Shown piece after piece: positions 18,601 through 26,927 of a stretch of 64,000 nt of DNA (positions are counted from its first letter, which is position 1; the number at the start of each line of letters is the position of its first letter). The stretch spans positions 1 through 64,000 of IMG/VR virus record IMGVR_UViG_3300046615_000401. One strand, given 5' to 3'. The notes beneath the pieces were generated by a model. That model worked only from the letters and a program-made list of their open reading frames with translations, did not search any database and had not been told where the DNA came from. The stretch is from a virus (Duplodnaviria > Caudoviricetes). Both the position numbers and the translations under genes were made by a program.

Positions 18601-21600
18601 GGGCTACGGTGCCTTCCTTGGCTTCGGCTGCGGCAACTGGTTTGAAGGTGTTTGAACAGGAACATGACAAGGCTGCCCCTTACACGGAACAGAACCTGAT
18701 AGGTACCCAGTTCCAGCAGACTGCTGGCAGCGACACGGGTACGCTTCGTCCACTGGCTTCGGTGACGGATTTCCTGTCAGCCTTGAAAGCCAAGACCACC
18801 AAGGTGTCGGACTTCGTCCAGCAAACCAGTGAACCGACTGCTGCACAACGTACCGTGCTGAAGGACTTCGCCCGTACTGCGGGTGACTGGTTTGCTACCA
18901 TCACCAGTAATCTGGTGCGTGGCAATAAGGGTTACGGCTATGAGGACATGATCCAGTTCCTGCTCAATGAGCAAGGGGATCTGGAGGAGAACACCAAGAC
19001 AGCGATTGCTTATGCAGCCTACAGCTGGGTAGCAGAAGCGGCTTCCCGTCCATCGGAGAACAGCCCGGAAGAGATCAATCTGATTCTGGGTCGGGGTGAA
19101 GATGCCATTGTCAGCACCAAGGAAACCAACGCGCTGAAATATGTTGGTACCCGACAGAACGTGGTGGCCAACTCCCTGGGTCAACGGGTAGTCGCTGCGC
19201 TTGGCTTGAAGTCCTTGGCTTCCGCTCCGCGCAATCTACAGGCCGATCTGGAAGCATCGATCGGTGCCCACGCCATGAAGTTGCTGCTGGACCAAGGCAT
19301 CCTGGTGCGTACCAGCATCAGTGGTAAGGAAATGGCGGAACTAACCGGTAAAGAATCCACTGACAGCAACGCCAAGTTCTACTTCCTCAAGCTGGCACAA
19401 ACGGACACCGGATTGCATCCGGCTGCCGAAGCCATCTACCAAGCCAGCAAGGGTACGCAGGGCATCCTCGACAAGCTGTTCGGGGTCGAACCAGCATTGA
19501 AGGAACCGGGTACTGTACCGATCAAATCGACGCAGAAGACCACGCGCAATACCGACATGGCTATCCCCTCCGAGCTGGAAAAAATGGTGGCCAAGGATGA
19601 TGCCATCCCCAGCTTCGTGCGGGCTGACATGTACAACCTGGTGGGGCAGATCGATCCGGAGATCCTGCTGAAGATCGCCGGTAAGGAAGAAGTCACCGAA
19701 GACAGTGTGCACAAGGCTCGCCGCGCTTCGTTGCAAGCCAAGAACGATGGTCTACAACGGGAGTTGTCGCGCTTCATGGATTACGTCGGTCAGATGGGCC
19801 ATGACGTGGCCATGTACTTCGAGCACTCTGTCTGGATGCAGCAGCGGGTGGGTATCGCCACCAACATGATCAATCCACAGACGTCGAAGATTCATCGGCA
19901 CATGCTGTACCGGCAGAACTGGGAAACCAAGATCGCCATCAACGACGTCGATGTGATGACCAACTTCAAGCTGCGTGTCGCGGAAGGCTTGGGCGTCAAG
20001 ACCGACAAGAAAAGCCAGGCCAAGGCACTCGCTGACCTTACTGGCTTACTGGCGAAGCCAGAGGTCAAAGGCGCCGTCAACGTGCTGGTCAAGTCCCTGG
20101 CCGGCACCAAGGATGGTACCTTGTCGGCCAATGAACAGCAGGTGCTGCTGGCTGGTGTCAAAGCCGGTGGCGAAGACATGCACTCGCTGGATGCGCTGAT
20201 GGCACTGGCCCAGTTCACCCAAGCCAAGAAGGCAGGGGAGTCTCACTTCACCACGCAGATGATGGCCGAGGTGGATGGCGTCACCAACGGTCCGATGTTT
20301 ACCAATCTGTTGCTGGGGGCGGCCAATACCGTGGGTGAGATGTACGCCTTGCTGAATCGGGGGGGTTTCTTCCAGCAAGGCAATCCGCACACCGAGTACA
20401 ACAACTGGCGGGATGCACCGGGCAACTTCGACCTGTATGAAAACACTGCCTTGCACATGACCCAGGCAGTCAATGCGGCTGGCTTCGATTCGGCCACCAT
20501 GGCTTCCTTGTACGCCTTCACCGGCGAGCTGGCAGACAAGAATGGGGCGGTGCAGAAAGCCGGCCGCAACATCATCAAGACGCCGTTGACGGCCATGGTG
20601 TTCGGCTCCTCGGTGAAGTCGGCGGTGGACAGTATGGCGGACAAGTTCATCGACAGCATCTACGCTGCCATCGAGGACAACGCCAAGGGAGCGAAAGGCG
20701 CCTTGAGCAGCACGGAGATCCTGGCCCATCTGGACATGCTGGGCGTGACTCTGCCAGCAGGAACCAACCTGATGGAGCATGAATTCAATGCTGCCCAGAT
20801 CAAGACATTAAAAGGTATCTTCTCCGGTACATTGGGTAAGGCAGTCGAAGCCACCATGAAGCAGGACTTCGAGGTCTTCATCAGCCAGCGTACCCAGTTC
20901 AACCTGACGGCACAGACCACCTTCGCCGTGTACAACGCGGTGTACAGCAGCCTGCGCGAGAAGATGATCAACGATCTGATGGCGGAAGGCAAGCTGGCGG
21001 TCAACAAGACCACCGGCAAACCTATCCACGACCTGACCAATGCACAGGAAAAAGCCTTGCGCAAGCAGGTCGAAGCACTGGCACCGGTCATGCACTCGCC
21101 GATGTCCAAGGAATCTGGTGAGCTGAAAGCGGGTCTGCTGGTGGCCAAATCCGATCGAAAATTGTCCACCTCGCCGATCTACCAGAATACGGTGAAATTT
21201 GGCCAGCCCTTCGCCGACAACGGCAGCAAGTCCACTGCTGTGCACGGCTACGAAGTCACGCCGACGGGTCCGGGTGTGGCCATGGTCCCGGTTAGCATGC
21301 ACTCGTCGGATAGTGCAGTATCGGCTCGTGCCAATCCAGACGGTAAAGCCCTCAACGTACACGATGCACAGGGTTCTGGTGTGGGTTCCATCCTGGCCAC
21401 GGCGCAAGCCATGAACCAGGCTACCTGGGACACCATGCTGAATTATTCCCCTGCTGCGGAAGTGACAGCGGCTTTGCTGCGCACGGTACAAGGACTGGAC
21501 GCCATGATACAGGCTGGCACTCTGCCGGACACGGCTCTGACCTTACTGGCTTCGTCCTTGGTGGACATGGCTGAAAAGCAGGGGATGTCGCCGGAGGGTG

Positions 21601-24600
21601 TGCTGCAAGTGCAAGCCATCCGCGCACAGGAGATGGCCTACAAGGCGGACAGCATGAAGCTGGATACCATGGCCACCATGCAGGCGATTAATCAATATGC
21701 GATGGAAGGTGGTGCCTACGCTGTCACATCCGATAACCGGGCATCTGCGGCCTCGCTGCGCTCGGCACTGGCGCCCTCCTTATCGGCTGATGCCAGCGCG
21801 GCCCTGAACCGGGTCAGCGACAAGCTGGACGCTGCCATCAAAGCCGAGGTGGCCAAACGCGAAGGCAAGACTGTGGTGCCGGACACCGAGATGGATCCAC
21901 AGGTGAAACCAGCCGGTAGTGTAGCCGAACTAGGTAAGTCGGCGATTGCCTCCGATCCCTTCCTGGTGGAGACGTTCAGCAAAACGCCTGTAATGGGCCT
22001 AGCAGAGGTCGCAGCCGCATTGCGTGTGTCGCTCAAGGGTGAGTTCAATCAACGCCTCCTGAGCGCTTTGGAGCGGGCTACGGGCTTTGACTTGACGGTG
22101 CGCTATGTCACGCCACAGACGGCACCGGCCGATCTGCTGGCCAAGGGGGATGACAAAGCCCGTGGCTGGTATGCCAGCAGCAATGGTGAGCAGGCGATCT
22201 ACGTGCTGTCACCAGAGTTCAAGTACTCCGGTTTGACCCCGGAACTGCTGCTGCATGAGCTGACCCATGCGGCCGTGGCCCGTACCATCGAGCAAGCCAA
22301 GATCGACGGCAAAGGGGATGCGTACGCACTGGTGAAGGAACTGGAAGAACTGCGTATGACGGCTGCCAAATATGTTGTGGCTAATCATTTACAAACCCAA
22401 TTTAGTGCGGCAGTCGAGAACGTGCACGAACTGGTCAGCTGGGGGATGAGTAATCAGGAATTCCAGACCCAGGTGCTGGGTAAATTCCAGATGGCTTCGA
22501 CTACCGGCAGCAATGCGCTGGTGTCGGGGATTAAGAGCTTCATTAACAAATTGGTGGGCTTGGTCTTTGGTAAGCAGAACGCTACCATGGCAACCGGGAT
22601 GGGTGTGCTGATCTCTAATGTATCGGGGCTGTTCAATGCAGCAGCACAAACCAAAGACACGGCCAGCAAGGCTACGCTGGTGCTGAACCAGACCAATACG
22701 GGTGCAGCACAGAACAACCTGCGGGATCTGTCCACCATGGACATCCACAACGCCCTGGCACAGATGAACAGTGGCCAGGTAGTCAGCACCGGTTTCAGTG
22801 CCCACCTGCAGGATCTGCTGGGAGGGATTGTCACCAAGCTGCATGGTCCATTCGGTAGCTTCAAGGCTGCCATCATGGCGCAAACGGCCCAGACTCCGGA
22901 GCAGGTGTACCAGCATGCGCTGACTACCGGTGAAGCACCGTTCGCACTCGATGCTTTGGGGGCAGGTTTTGCCTTCACCCATCAGGAAGCCTTCGCTGCC
23001 GAGCAGGTCCAGGTCACGGTGCGCGAAGCAGTCAACGGCAAGGATGGCGTAACGTCGGTGGCCTATCGGGAACTGGCCAAGCTGTACGACGAAGTGCGCA
23101 GCAAGATCAAGGTGTCCGACTTCCATGGTGCGAATGTGTCGCCAGTGGAGATCGCTGAAGCCCAGGCGCTACATGACTTCATCTTCACGGTGAAGCTCGA
23201 TGCCGACGGCAAGAGCGAATACCTGTCGCGCTTCGCTGCACTGGGCCTGGCCCATGAAGGCTTCAACACGGTGCTCGCTTCCATGGTGTCACGTAATGCC
23301 AATGCCGCTTCGGCCATCAGCTTCAACGATCGGCTCAACAAGATCTTCGAGCAGATCCTGAACTGGTTCGCCGGCAAGATGACGCACACCAAAGAAGGCA
23401 TGACGGCCGAAACCAAGCTGACCAAGCTGGTGGAACAGCTGGTGCAGATCGAAGTCAAGAAACGCATGGTGGTGCAGGCACGTATCCAGCTGTTGACACC
23501 AATCGAGGAAGCGGTGGATACGCTGGCCAAAGGTGCCCGTGCCAAGCTGGATGCTTTTGTCCGCCAGCCTTACTTCAAGCAGCATACGAATGGCTTTGTA
23601 CGCGGTGGTACAGCCCTTCTGTCGGCCTATGCGAATGAGCGCACGGATGCGGTGTTGGAAGGTTTCATGCGCCTGCGCGATCAAACCATCGGAGGTCAGC
23701 TGGGGATTGCTGCCTCGCTCGTCAATGAGTTCCGCGGCTCCAATACCAGCAACCTGATCTTCCATTACCTGCTGCGCATCACCAAGCATATTGAAGGTAC
23801 CCGCAAGGACATCATCACCGGTACTGGCAAGATCGTGCTGGGCTCCTTCGCCAATGAGGGGGATGACCTGAACGCGCAGCACAAGGATGCCATCAGTGCA
23901 GTGTTCCTGCGGACTGACATGAGCAGTCTGCTGACCCACTACAACATGGATGAGCTGGCTAAGCTGGTGGGGGATCCACAGGCAGTGCAGACGGAGATCA
24001 ATCGCTTTGAAGCCAACCTGACCAGCAAATTCCGTCGCTACTATGTGAATGCAGCCAAGACCCTAGCCTACTACAAAGCCACTGGCGAAGTGCGCAGTGC
24101 CCATCTGGTGATGAATGCCGGGAACATCGCTCGCTTGTACGGTACCGGCTACAAGACCCAGGTGAGTGAAGCCGAAGCCAAGCAGGCCGAGAAGATCATT
24201 GATCCCTTGGTTTCCTTGTATGCGCTGCTTTACTCCCGTGAGGATCACCTGAGTAAAGCCCAGGAAGTATTGAAGGCGGAAGCTGCACGCACGGATGGTG
24301 GCAACGGTGTGGAGATGGTACTGAAGACCCATCAACGCCTGGTCGAACAGTCGCAGAAGCTGCTGTTCGATGATGCTGCACCACTGCACATGAAAGGCTA
24401 CACCACCGAGATCTACGATCCCTTCATGGATGTGGTCACGGCCGGCGTGGATGAAGGTGCCGATCTGGTCCTGCAGGGTTACACCCAAGGTTCGGCACTG
24501 AGCCATGATGTGGCCGATCCCCTGGCCGAGGAAAAGCACATCTACTACCTGCGCGATGGTGGCATGCAGCGTCGTGTCACGGGTACGCTAAGCTTCACCG

Positions 24601-26201
24601 GCATGAAGGCCAAGGGTACCCGTGTGCACAACGGCAATGTCTCGCCGCTGTCCTACTCTGGTCAGCTGAATGCCTCCAACATGGCGGCCATCGGTAACAA
24701 CAAGCAGGCAGCCATCCAGGACATGTTCACTGCCACTGGTTTCGATCCGTCGAGTGTCAAGCAGAATCATCTGGCACCGGTGCTGAATGCCAACGGCGAT
24801 GTGGTCAACTACCGTTACCTGATGAGCGAGTTGACCAAGGACACTTTGCTGGACCGGGACAACCGGCCGGAGAAAATCCTGGGCGCCATGGCGGGTTCCG
24901 TCTTCGACAAGGTCAGCTCCAAGGAGCAGAACCGCAAGGTGGTGGAAGCGCTGCATGAGCAATACACCTACGAGTTCGCCAGCAATCCTGCTGCCTACCT
25001 GACCGTGGGACCGAAGAGTACTGATCCGCAGCTGAGAGAAATCTGGCAGCTGCTGCCGGCCTCCACCAAGCAGGCGGTCAATGAGATCTGGGGTACCGAG
25101 GGTATGAAGGTGCGCAGCGATCTGCTGGACATCAACTTCGGTTACCGCAAGGTGAGTGTGGCCGATGCCTTCACCGAGCAGGCTGCACAACGCAACTTCG
25201 TGCAGGGCATGTTCGTGGAATTCATGACCATGGCTTTCCATGAGAAAGCGCAGCTGCGCACCCGGCAAGTGGAGGATATCTGGCAGGCCGTGGTGAAAGC
25301 CACCAAGGGCAACCTGGTGGTGAAATCCTGGTCCACCATGAGCGGCAACCTGCGTTCCAACTGGTCGCAGCTGTTGTTGATGGGTGTTAATCCGGTGGCC
25401 ATCGCCCGTAGTCACCGGGTAGCCTTCAAGGGTGCCTGGGCCTACAAGAAGGATAGCGAACTGCTGTTCAACCTACAGCACCAGATTGAGGTGGGGCATA
25501 TCCTGCCAGGACAAACCAAGGCGGACATTGAACACCAGATTAAACGCCTGCAGGACAGCATCAACCGCAATCCGGTCAAGCCGCTAATCGATGCTGGCTT
25601 GATGCCGACCATCGTGGAGGATGTGGCAGCTGATGACGACATCTATTCGTACAAGTCGAAGTTCGTCAAGGGCACTGAGAAGTTCACCAGCAAGCTCAAC
25701 CCACAGGTGGTAGGACTAGGTAAGTTCTTGCTGATGACGGAAGACAGTTCAGCCTTCAAGGTGATGAGCTACGCCACGCAGATCTCCGACTTCCTGGCCC
25801 GCTACACGCTGTACGAGCACATGACCAGCAAGAAGAATCCGATGGACCATGAGGATGCGATTCAACTGGCCTCGGATGCCTTCATCAACTACGACGTCCC
25901 GACACACCGGATGGTCCAGTATGCTAATGATTCGGGGTTGGTGATGTTTACCAAGTACTACATGCGCATCCAGAAGATGCTGGGTAAGATCTACAAGGAA
26001 CACCCTGGCCGGGTAATTGCGTTGCTGGCTGCTGAACGGATGATCGGGGATCAGCCGACAGTGATCGATTCGGGGATGCTGCATCGCTGGGGCAACCCGC
26101 TGAACCTGGGCGCCCTGGACTATCCTGGCTCACTGGATTCCTTGACCACGGTGAAGCTGCTCAGTAGTCCCTTCCGCGGAGGTGGTAACCCAGCGGATTA
26201 A
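15681..26201 (+). CDS. Virion-encapsidated RNA polymerase (N4 gp50-like), 3506 aa
   Basis: Size; motif A EVDGVTNG, motif B RNIIKTPLTAMVFGS, motif C NVHDA. No Cys seen from MATLDQ onward (a known N4 vRNAP trait), whereas the longer upstream frame has Cys and crosses a terminator, so the start is placed at 15681. Confidence 0.96.
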   Translation: MATLDQILDQHLAKQKEEAAGGLNLDTYFANRFGATAGTDKVDAVRAATKEKVQNLESFRQALAINQESNQAAVEANKQAWSTRLGLEADGVAGTAVNQAASLYSGGSRLLGNAIALAPSATGFAYEAVIPEAEKQLYGQYQMYKRTNTAIPPEMEAALNRKVSGATEGTSPTDAARYQAEADANPASLTVKQVMERTDSLRGMARKVNDFFDNSTAVQQDRRDALSAELGQDFAARWGKVTQGWDEAKKHQFMAAGGHTIEGIAGLLLGAGEAVVKHPIAATEYITENAPQIALGALGRTGMAAMTSTNVGYAVDNYQQGIENYQKAHLGRLPAEDVRHTMAIQAASLAVAEYVGELNILHAGKMLGGAEKATAEVAATSAKQSIKNTLGAVAHGGIGEAATEGYQTYMEGQVTGKPASAEDIYKGAVIGGVAGAGLSGGLHGIHEALKATPEHAAQRAAEATDHATFNAAAEANDPAPYLDPQSKQYDPSEAVGVLLKHAMGADVTPETKQANLKQGSEIVAQLEEAHAQAQTVAATHTPEGIQEAKDNLAAVQEQLKTVDPTDKAKVTQLNSLVSDLTAEVADRSDSKQAMAARTEASKLERQLNTGRARLEGLTTIAEPQVKPAEVATMVDEAAKPEVADRLINLSMTQPDSITGEQATKLAEDKSNTFTDEQRAHLRAFSAARIAENQLSTQSKVSQEVFYGSAKNVGMAQYRGRIAAAIAANNQNTATRQLEQLQTFATDHASKAQAARQAMQGGMGNQIVKLTNGSGWTVLPKGEKLDKTTMDSNGALTMQSGRLVQDIQKEAKALAATVAEMQSAVKIKFGNTVNPVVQSNPSAKQTTLPGNINSPKNEEESARPELRPEPPAVRTPTLSSNKTQTKQTFEERQAFNAAQEEIVRKANAAYAAKQEAKTAKSEAAQQPAVVSAANPAPVAEAATTEAGVEKKDNISSPAASPASSPASPTLADARGATVPSLASAAATGLKVFEQEHDKAAPYTEQNLIGTQFQQTAGSDTGTLRPLASVTDFLSALKAKTTKVSDFVQQTSEPTAAQRTVLKDFARTAGDWFATITSNLVRGNKGYGYEDMIQFLLNEQGDLEENTKTAIAYAAYSWVAEAASRPSENSPEEINLILGRGEDAIVSTKETNALKYVGTRQNVVANSLGQRVVAALGLKSLASAPRNLQADLEASIGAHAMKLLLDQGILVRTSISGKEMAELTGKESTDSNAKFYFLKLAQTDTGLHPAAEAIYQASKGTQGILDKLFGVEPALKEPGTVPIKSTQKTTRNTDMAIPSELEKMVAKDDAIPSFVRADMYNLVGQIDPEILLKIAGKEEVTEDSVHKARRASLQAKNDGLQRELSRFMDYVGQMGHDVAMYFEHSVWMQQRVGIATNMINPQTSKIHRHMLYRQNWETKIAINDVDVMTNFKLRVAEGLGVKTDKKSQAKALADLTGLLAKPEVKGAVNVLVKSLAGTKDGTLSANEQQVLLAGVKAGGEDMHSLDALMALAQFTQAKKAGESHFTTQMMAEVDGVTNGPMFTNLLLGAANTVGEMYALLNRGGFFQQGNPHTEYNNWRDAPGNFDLYENTALHMTQAVNAAGFDSATMASLYAFTGELADKNGAVQKAGRNIIKTPLTAMVFGSSVKSAVDSMADKFIDSIYAAIEDNAKGAKGALSSTEILAHLDMLGVTLPAGTNLMEHEFNAAQIKTLKGIFSGTLGKAVEATMKQDFEVFISQRTQFNLTAQTTFAVYNAVYSSLREKMINDLMAEGKLAVNKTTGKPIHDLTNAQEKALRKQVEALAPVMHSPMSKESGELKAGLLVAKSDRKLSTSPIYQNTVKFGQPFADNGSKSTAVHGYEVTPTGPGVAMVPVSMHSSDSAVSARANPDGKALNVHDAQGSGVGSILATAQAMNQATWDTMLNYSPAAEVTAALLRTVQGLDAMIQAGTLPDTALTLLASSLVDMAEKQGMSPEGVLQVQAIRAQEMAYKADSMKLDTMATMQAINQYAMEGGAYAVTSDNRASAASLRSALAPSLSADASAALNRVSDKLDAAIKAEVAKREGKTVVPDTEMDPQVKPAGSVAELGKSAIASDPFLVETFSKTPVMGLAEVAAALRVSLKGEFNQRLLSALERATGFDLTVRYVTPQTAPADLLAKGDDKARGWYASSNGEQAIYVLSPEFKYSGLTPELLLHELTHAAVARTIEQAKIDGKGDAYALVKELEELRMTAAKYVVANHLQTQFSAAVENVHELVSWGMSNQEFQTQVLGKFQMASTTGSNALVSGIKSFINKLVGLVFGKQNATMATGMGVLISNVSGLFNAAAQTKDTASKATLVLNQTNTGAAQNNLRDLSTMDIHNALAQMNSGQVVSTGFSAHLQDLLGGIVTKLHGPFGSFKAAIMAQTAQTPEQVYQHALTTGEAPFALDALGAGFAFTHQEAFAAEQVQVTVREAVNGKDGVTSVAYRELAKLYDEVRSKIKVSDFHGANVSPVEIAEAQALHDFIFTVKLDADGKSEYLSRFAALGLAHEGFNTVLASMVSRNANAASAISFNDRLNKIFEQILNWFAGKMTHTKEGMTAETKLTKLVEQLVQIEVKKRMVVQARIQLLTPIEEAVDTLAKGARAKLDAFVRQPYFKQHTNGFVRGGTALLSAYANERTDAVLEGFMRLRDQTIGGQLGIAASLVNEFRGSNTSNLIFHYLLRITKHIEGTRKDIITGTGKIVLGSFANEGDDLNAQHKDAISAVFLRTDMSSLLTHYNMDELAKLVGDPQAVQTEINRFEANLTSKFRRYYVNAAKTLAYYKATGEVRSAHLVMNAGNIARLYGTGYKTQVSEAEAKQAEKIIDPLVSLYALLYSREDHLSKAQEVLKAEAARTDGGNGVEMVLKTHQRLVEQSQKLLFDDAAPLHMKGYTTEIYDPFMDVVTAGVDEGADLVLQGYTQGSALSHDVADPLAEEKHIYYLRDGGMQRRVTGTLSFTGMKAKGTRVHNGNVSPLSYSGQLNASNMAAIGNNKQAAIQDMFTATGFDPSSVKQNHLAPVLNANGDVVNYRYLMSELTKDTLLDRDNRPEKILGAMAGSVFDKVSSKEQNRKVVEALHEQYTYEFASNPAAYLTVGPKSTDPQLREIWQLLPASTKQAVNEIWGTEGMKVRSDLLDINFGYRKVSVADAFTEQAAQRNFVQGMFVEFMTMAFHEKAQLRTRQVEDIWQAVVKATKGNLVVKSWSTMSGNLRSNWSQLLLMGVNPVAIARSHRVAFKGAWAYKKDSELLFNLQHQIEVGHILPGQTKADIEHQIKRLQDSINRNPVKPLIDAGLMPTIVEDVAADDDIYSYKSKFVKGTEKFTSKLNPQVVGLGKFLLMTEDSSAFKVMSYATQISDFLARYTLYEHMTSKKNPMDHEDAIQLASDAFINYDVPTHRMVQYANDSGLVMFTKYYMRIQKMLGKIYKEHPGRVIALLAAERMIGDQPTVIDSGMLHRWGNPLNLGALDYPGSLDSLTTVKLLSSPFRGGGNPAD

Positions 26202-26204
26202 ATG

Positions 26205-26237
26205 AAAAAAGCCCAGGGGATTGCTCCTCTGGGCTTT
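26205..26237. terminator. Bidirectional terminator at the late/middle convergence point
   Basis: AAAAAA-GCCCAGGGGA-TTGC-TCCTCTGGGC-TTT; 10-bp stem with a U6 tail on the - strand. Confidence 0.9.
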
Positions 26238-26280
26238 AGTGGCTTGTTTAAGATACAGTGATTTCCTGTTTTTATACTTA

Positions 26281-26634
26281 GGCTGCCGCCTCGCCCCCGG
26301 AACCATCCGGTCTAGCCTGTGCCCCACTTCCCAGCACATGGACTGGCAGGATTCGAACCTGCTTTCTCTTACCCAATCTCGGCGAACGATCCGGACTCGA
26401 ACCGGCATTACTGGCACTGTTGCTGTTTGAAGTTGATCGATGACCGTGGCTACCACTGATCACCCCGTGCTCCAAGTCCCAAGCAGGACTTGCTTTAAAG
26501 TGCGCACAGTGCACATGGGTTCGACCAACATCTGAGTGACCCGCCTTGACTACGGGTAGTGGGGCTACGCTTTGGGCTCTACATTTCCGTCCCTCTACAC
26601 CCCAGCACTCAGATGTTGACCCCGGAGGGCAGCC
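26281..26634 (-). ncRNA. Candidate structured ncRNA (about 354 nt) with two TPsiC-arm hairpins; family not recognised
   Basis: 5' GGCUGCC pairs with 3' GGCAGCC; perfect 13-bp internal inverted repeat (26526-26538 with 26606-26618); GAAA-capped and other hairpins; T-arms GCAGG-UUCGAAU-CCUGC and CCGG-UUCGAGU-CCGG. Confidence 0.6.
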
Positions 26635-26754
26635 GCTTAACGTGTGACCAACCACACGAGAAGCGTACCAAGGAGGAAGCTGCCGACCGGGAGTGACAAG
26701 CATATCACGATGAATTTGAACAGGCTAATGCTGCGTCTTGTTTTATACATCATG

Positions 26755-26925
26755 CTAGGTTCTCCAATGGAGTATGCACATAGCTATAAACCAGATAGCG
26801 CCAACAGCTATGCCACCATAGAAGATCACCCATCCGAACAGGGCAAGGAGTACCCCTGCTCCGATGAGTGCACCCAGCAAGAGAATGGCCAGGATGACCG
26901 AGCCAATCATCTTGAGGGTGGCCAT
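26755..26925 (-). CDS. Small two-TM membrane protein (56 aa), absent from the ORF track
   Basis: MATLKMIGSVILAILLLGALIGAGVLLALFGWVIFYGGIAVGAIWFIAMCILHWRT*; starts 2 nt after the upstream stop. Confidence 0.65.
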   Translation of the reverse strand: MATLKMIGSVILAILLLGALIGAGVLLALFGWVIFYGGIAVGAIWFIAMCILHWRT

Positions 26926-26927
26926 GC

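Noticed and set aside
26340-26410. Canonical tRNA genes
   Set aside because: Only T-arms are present; no matching 5' acceptor strand, anticodon arm or CCA could be built at tRNA spacing. Treated as part of the candidate ncRNA instead.
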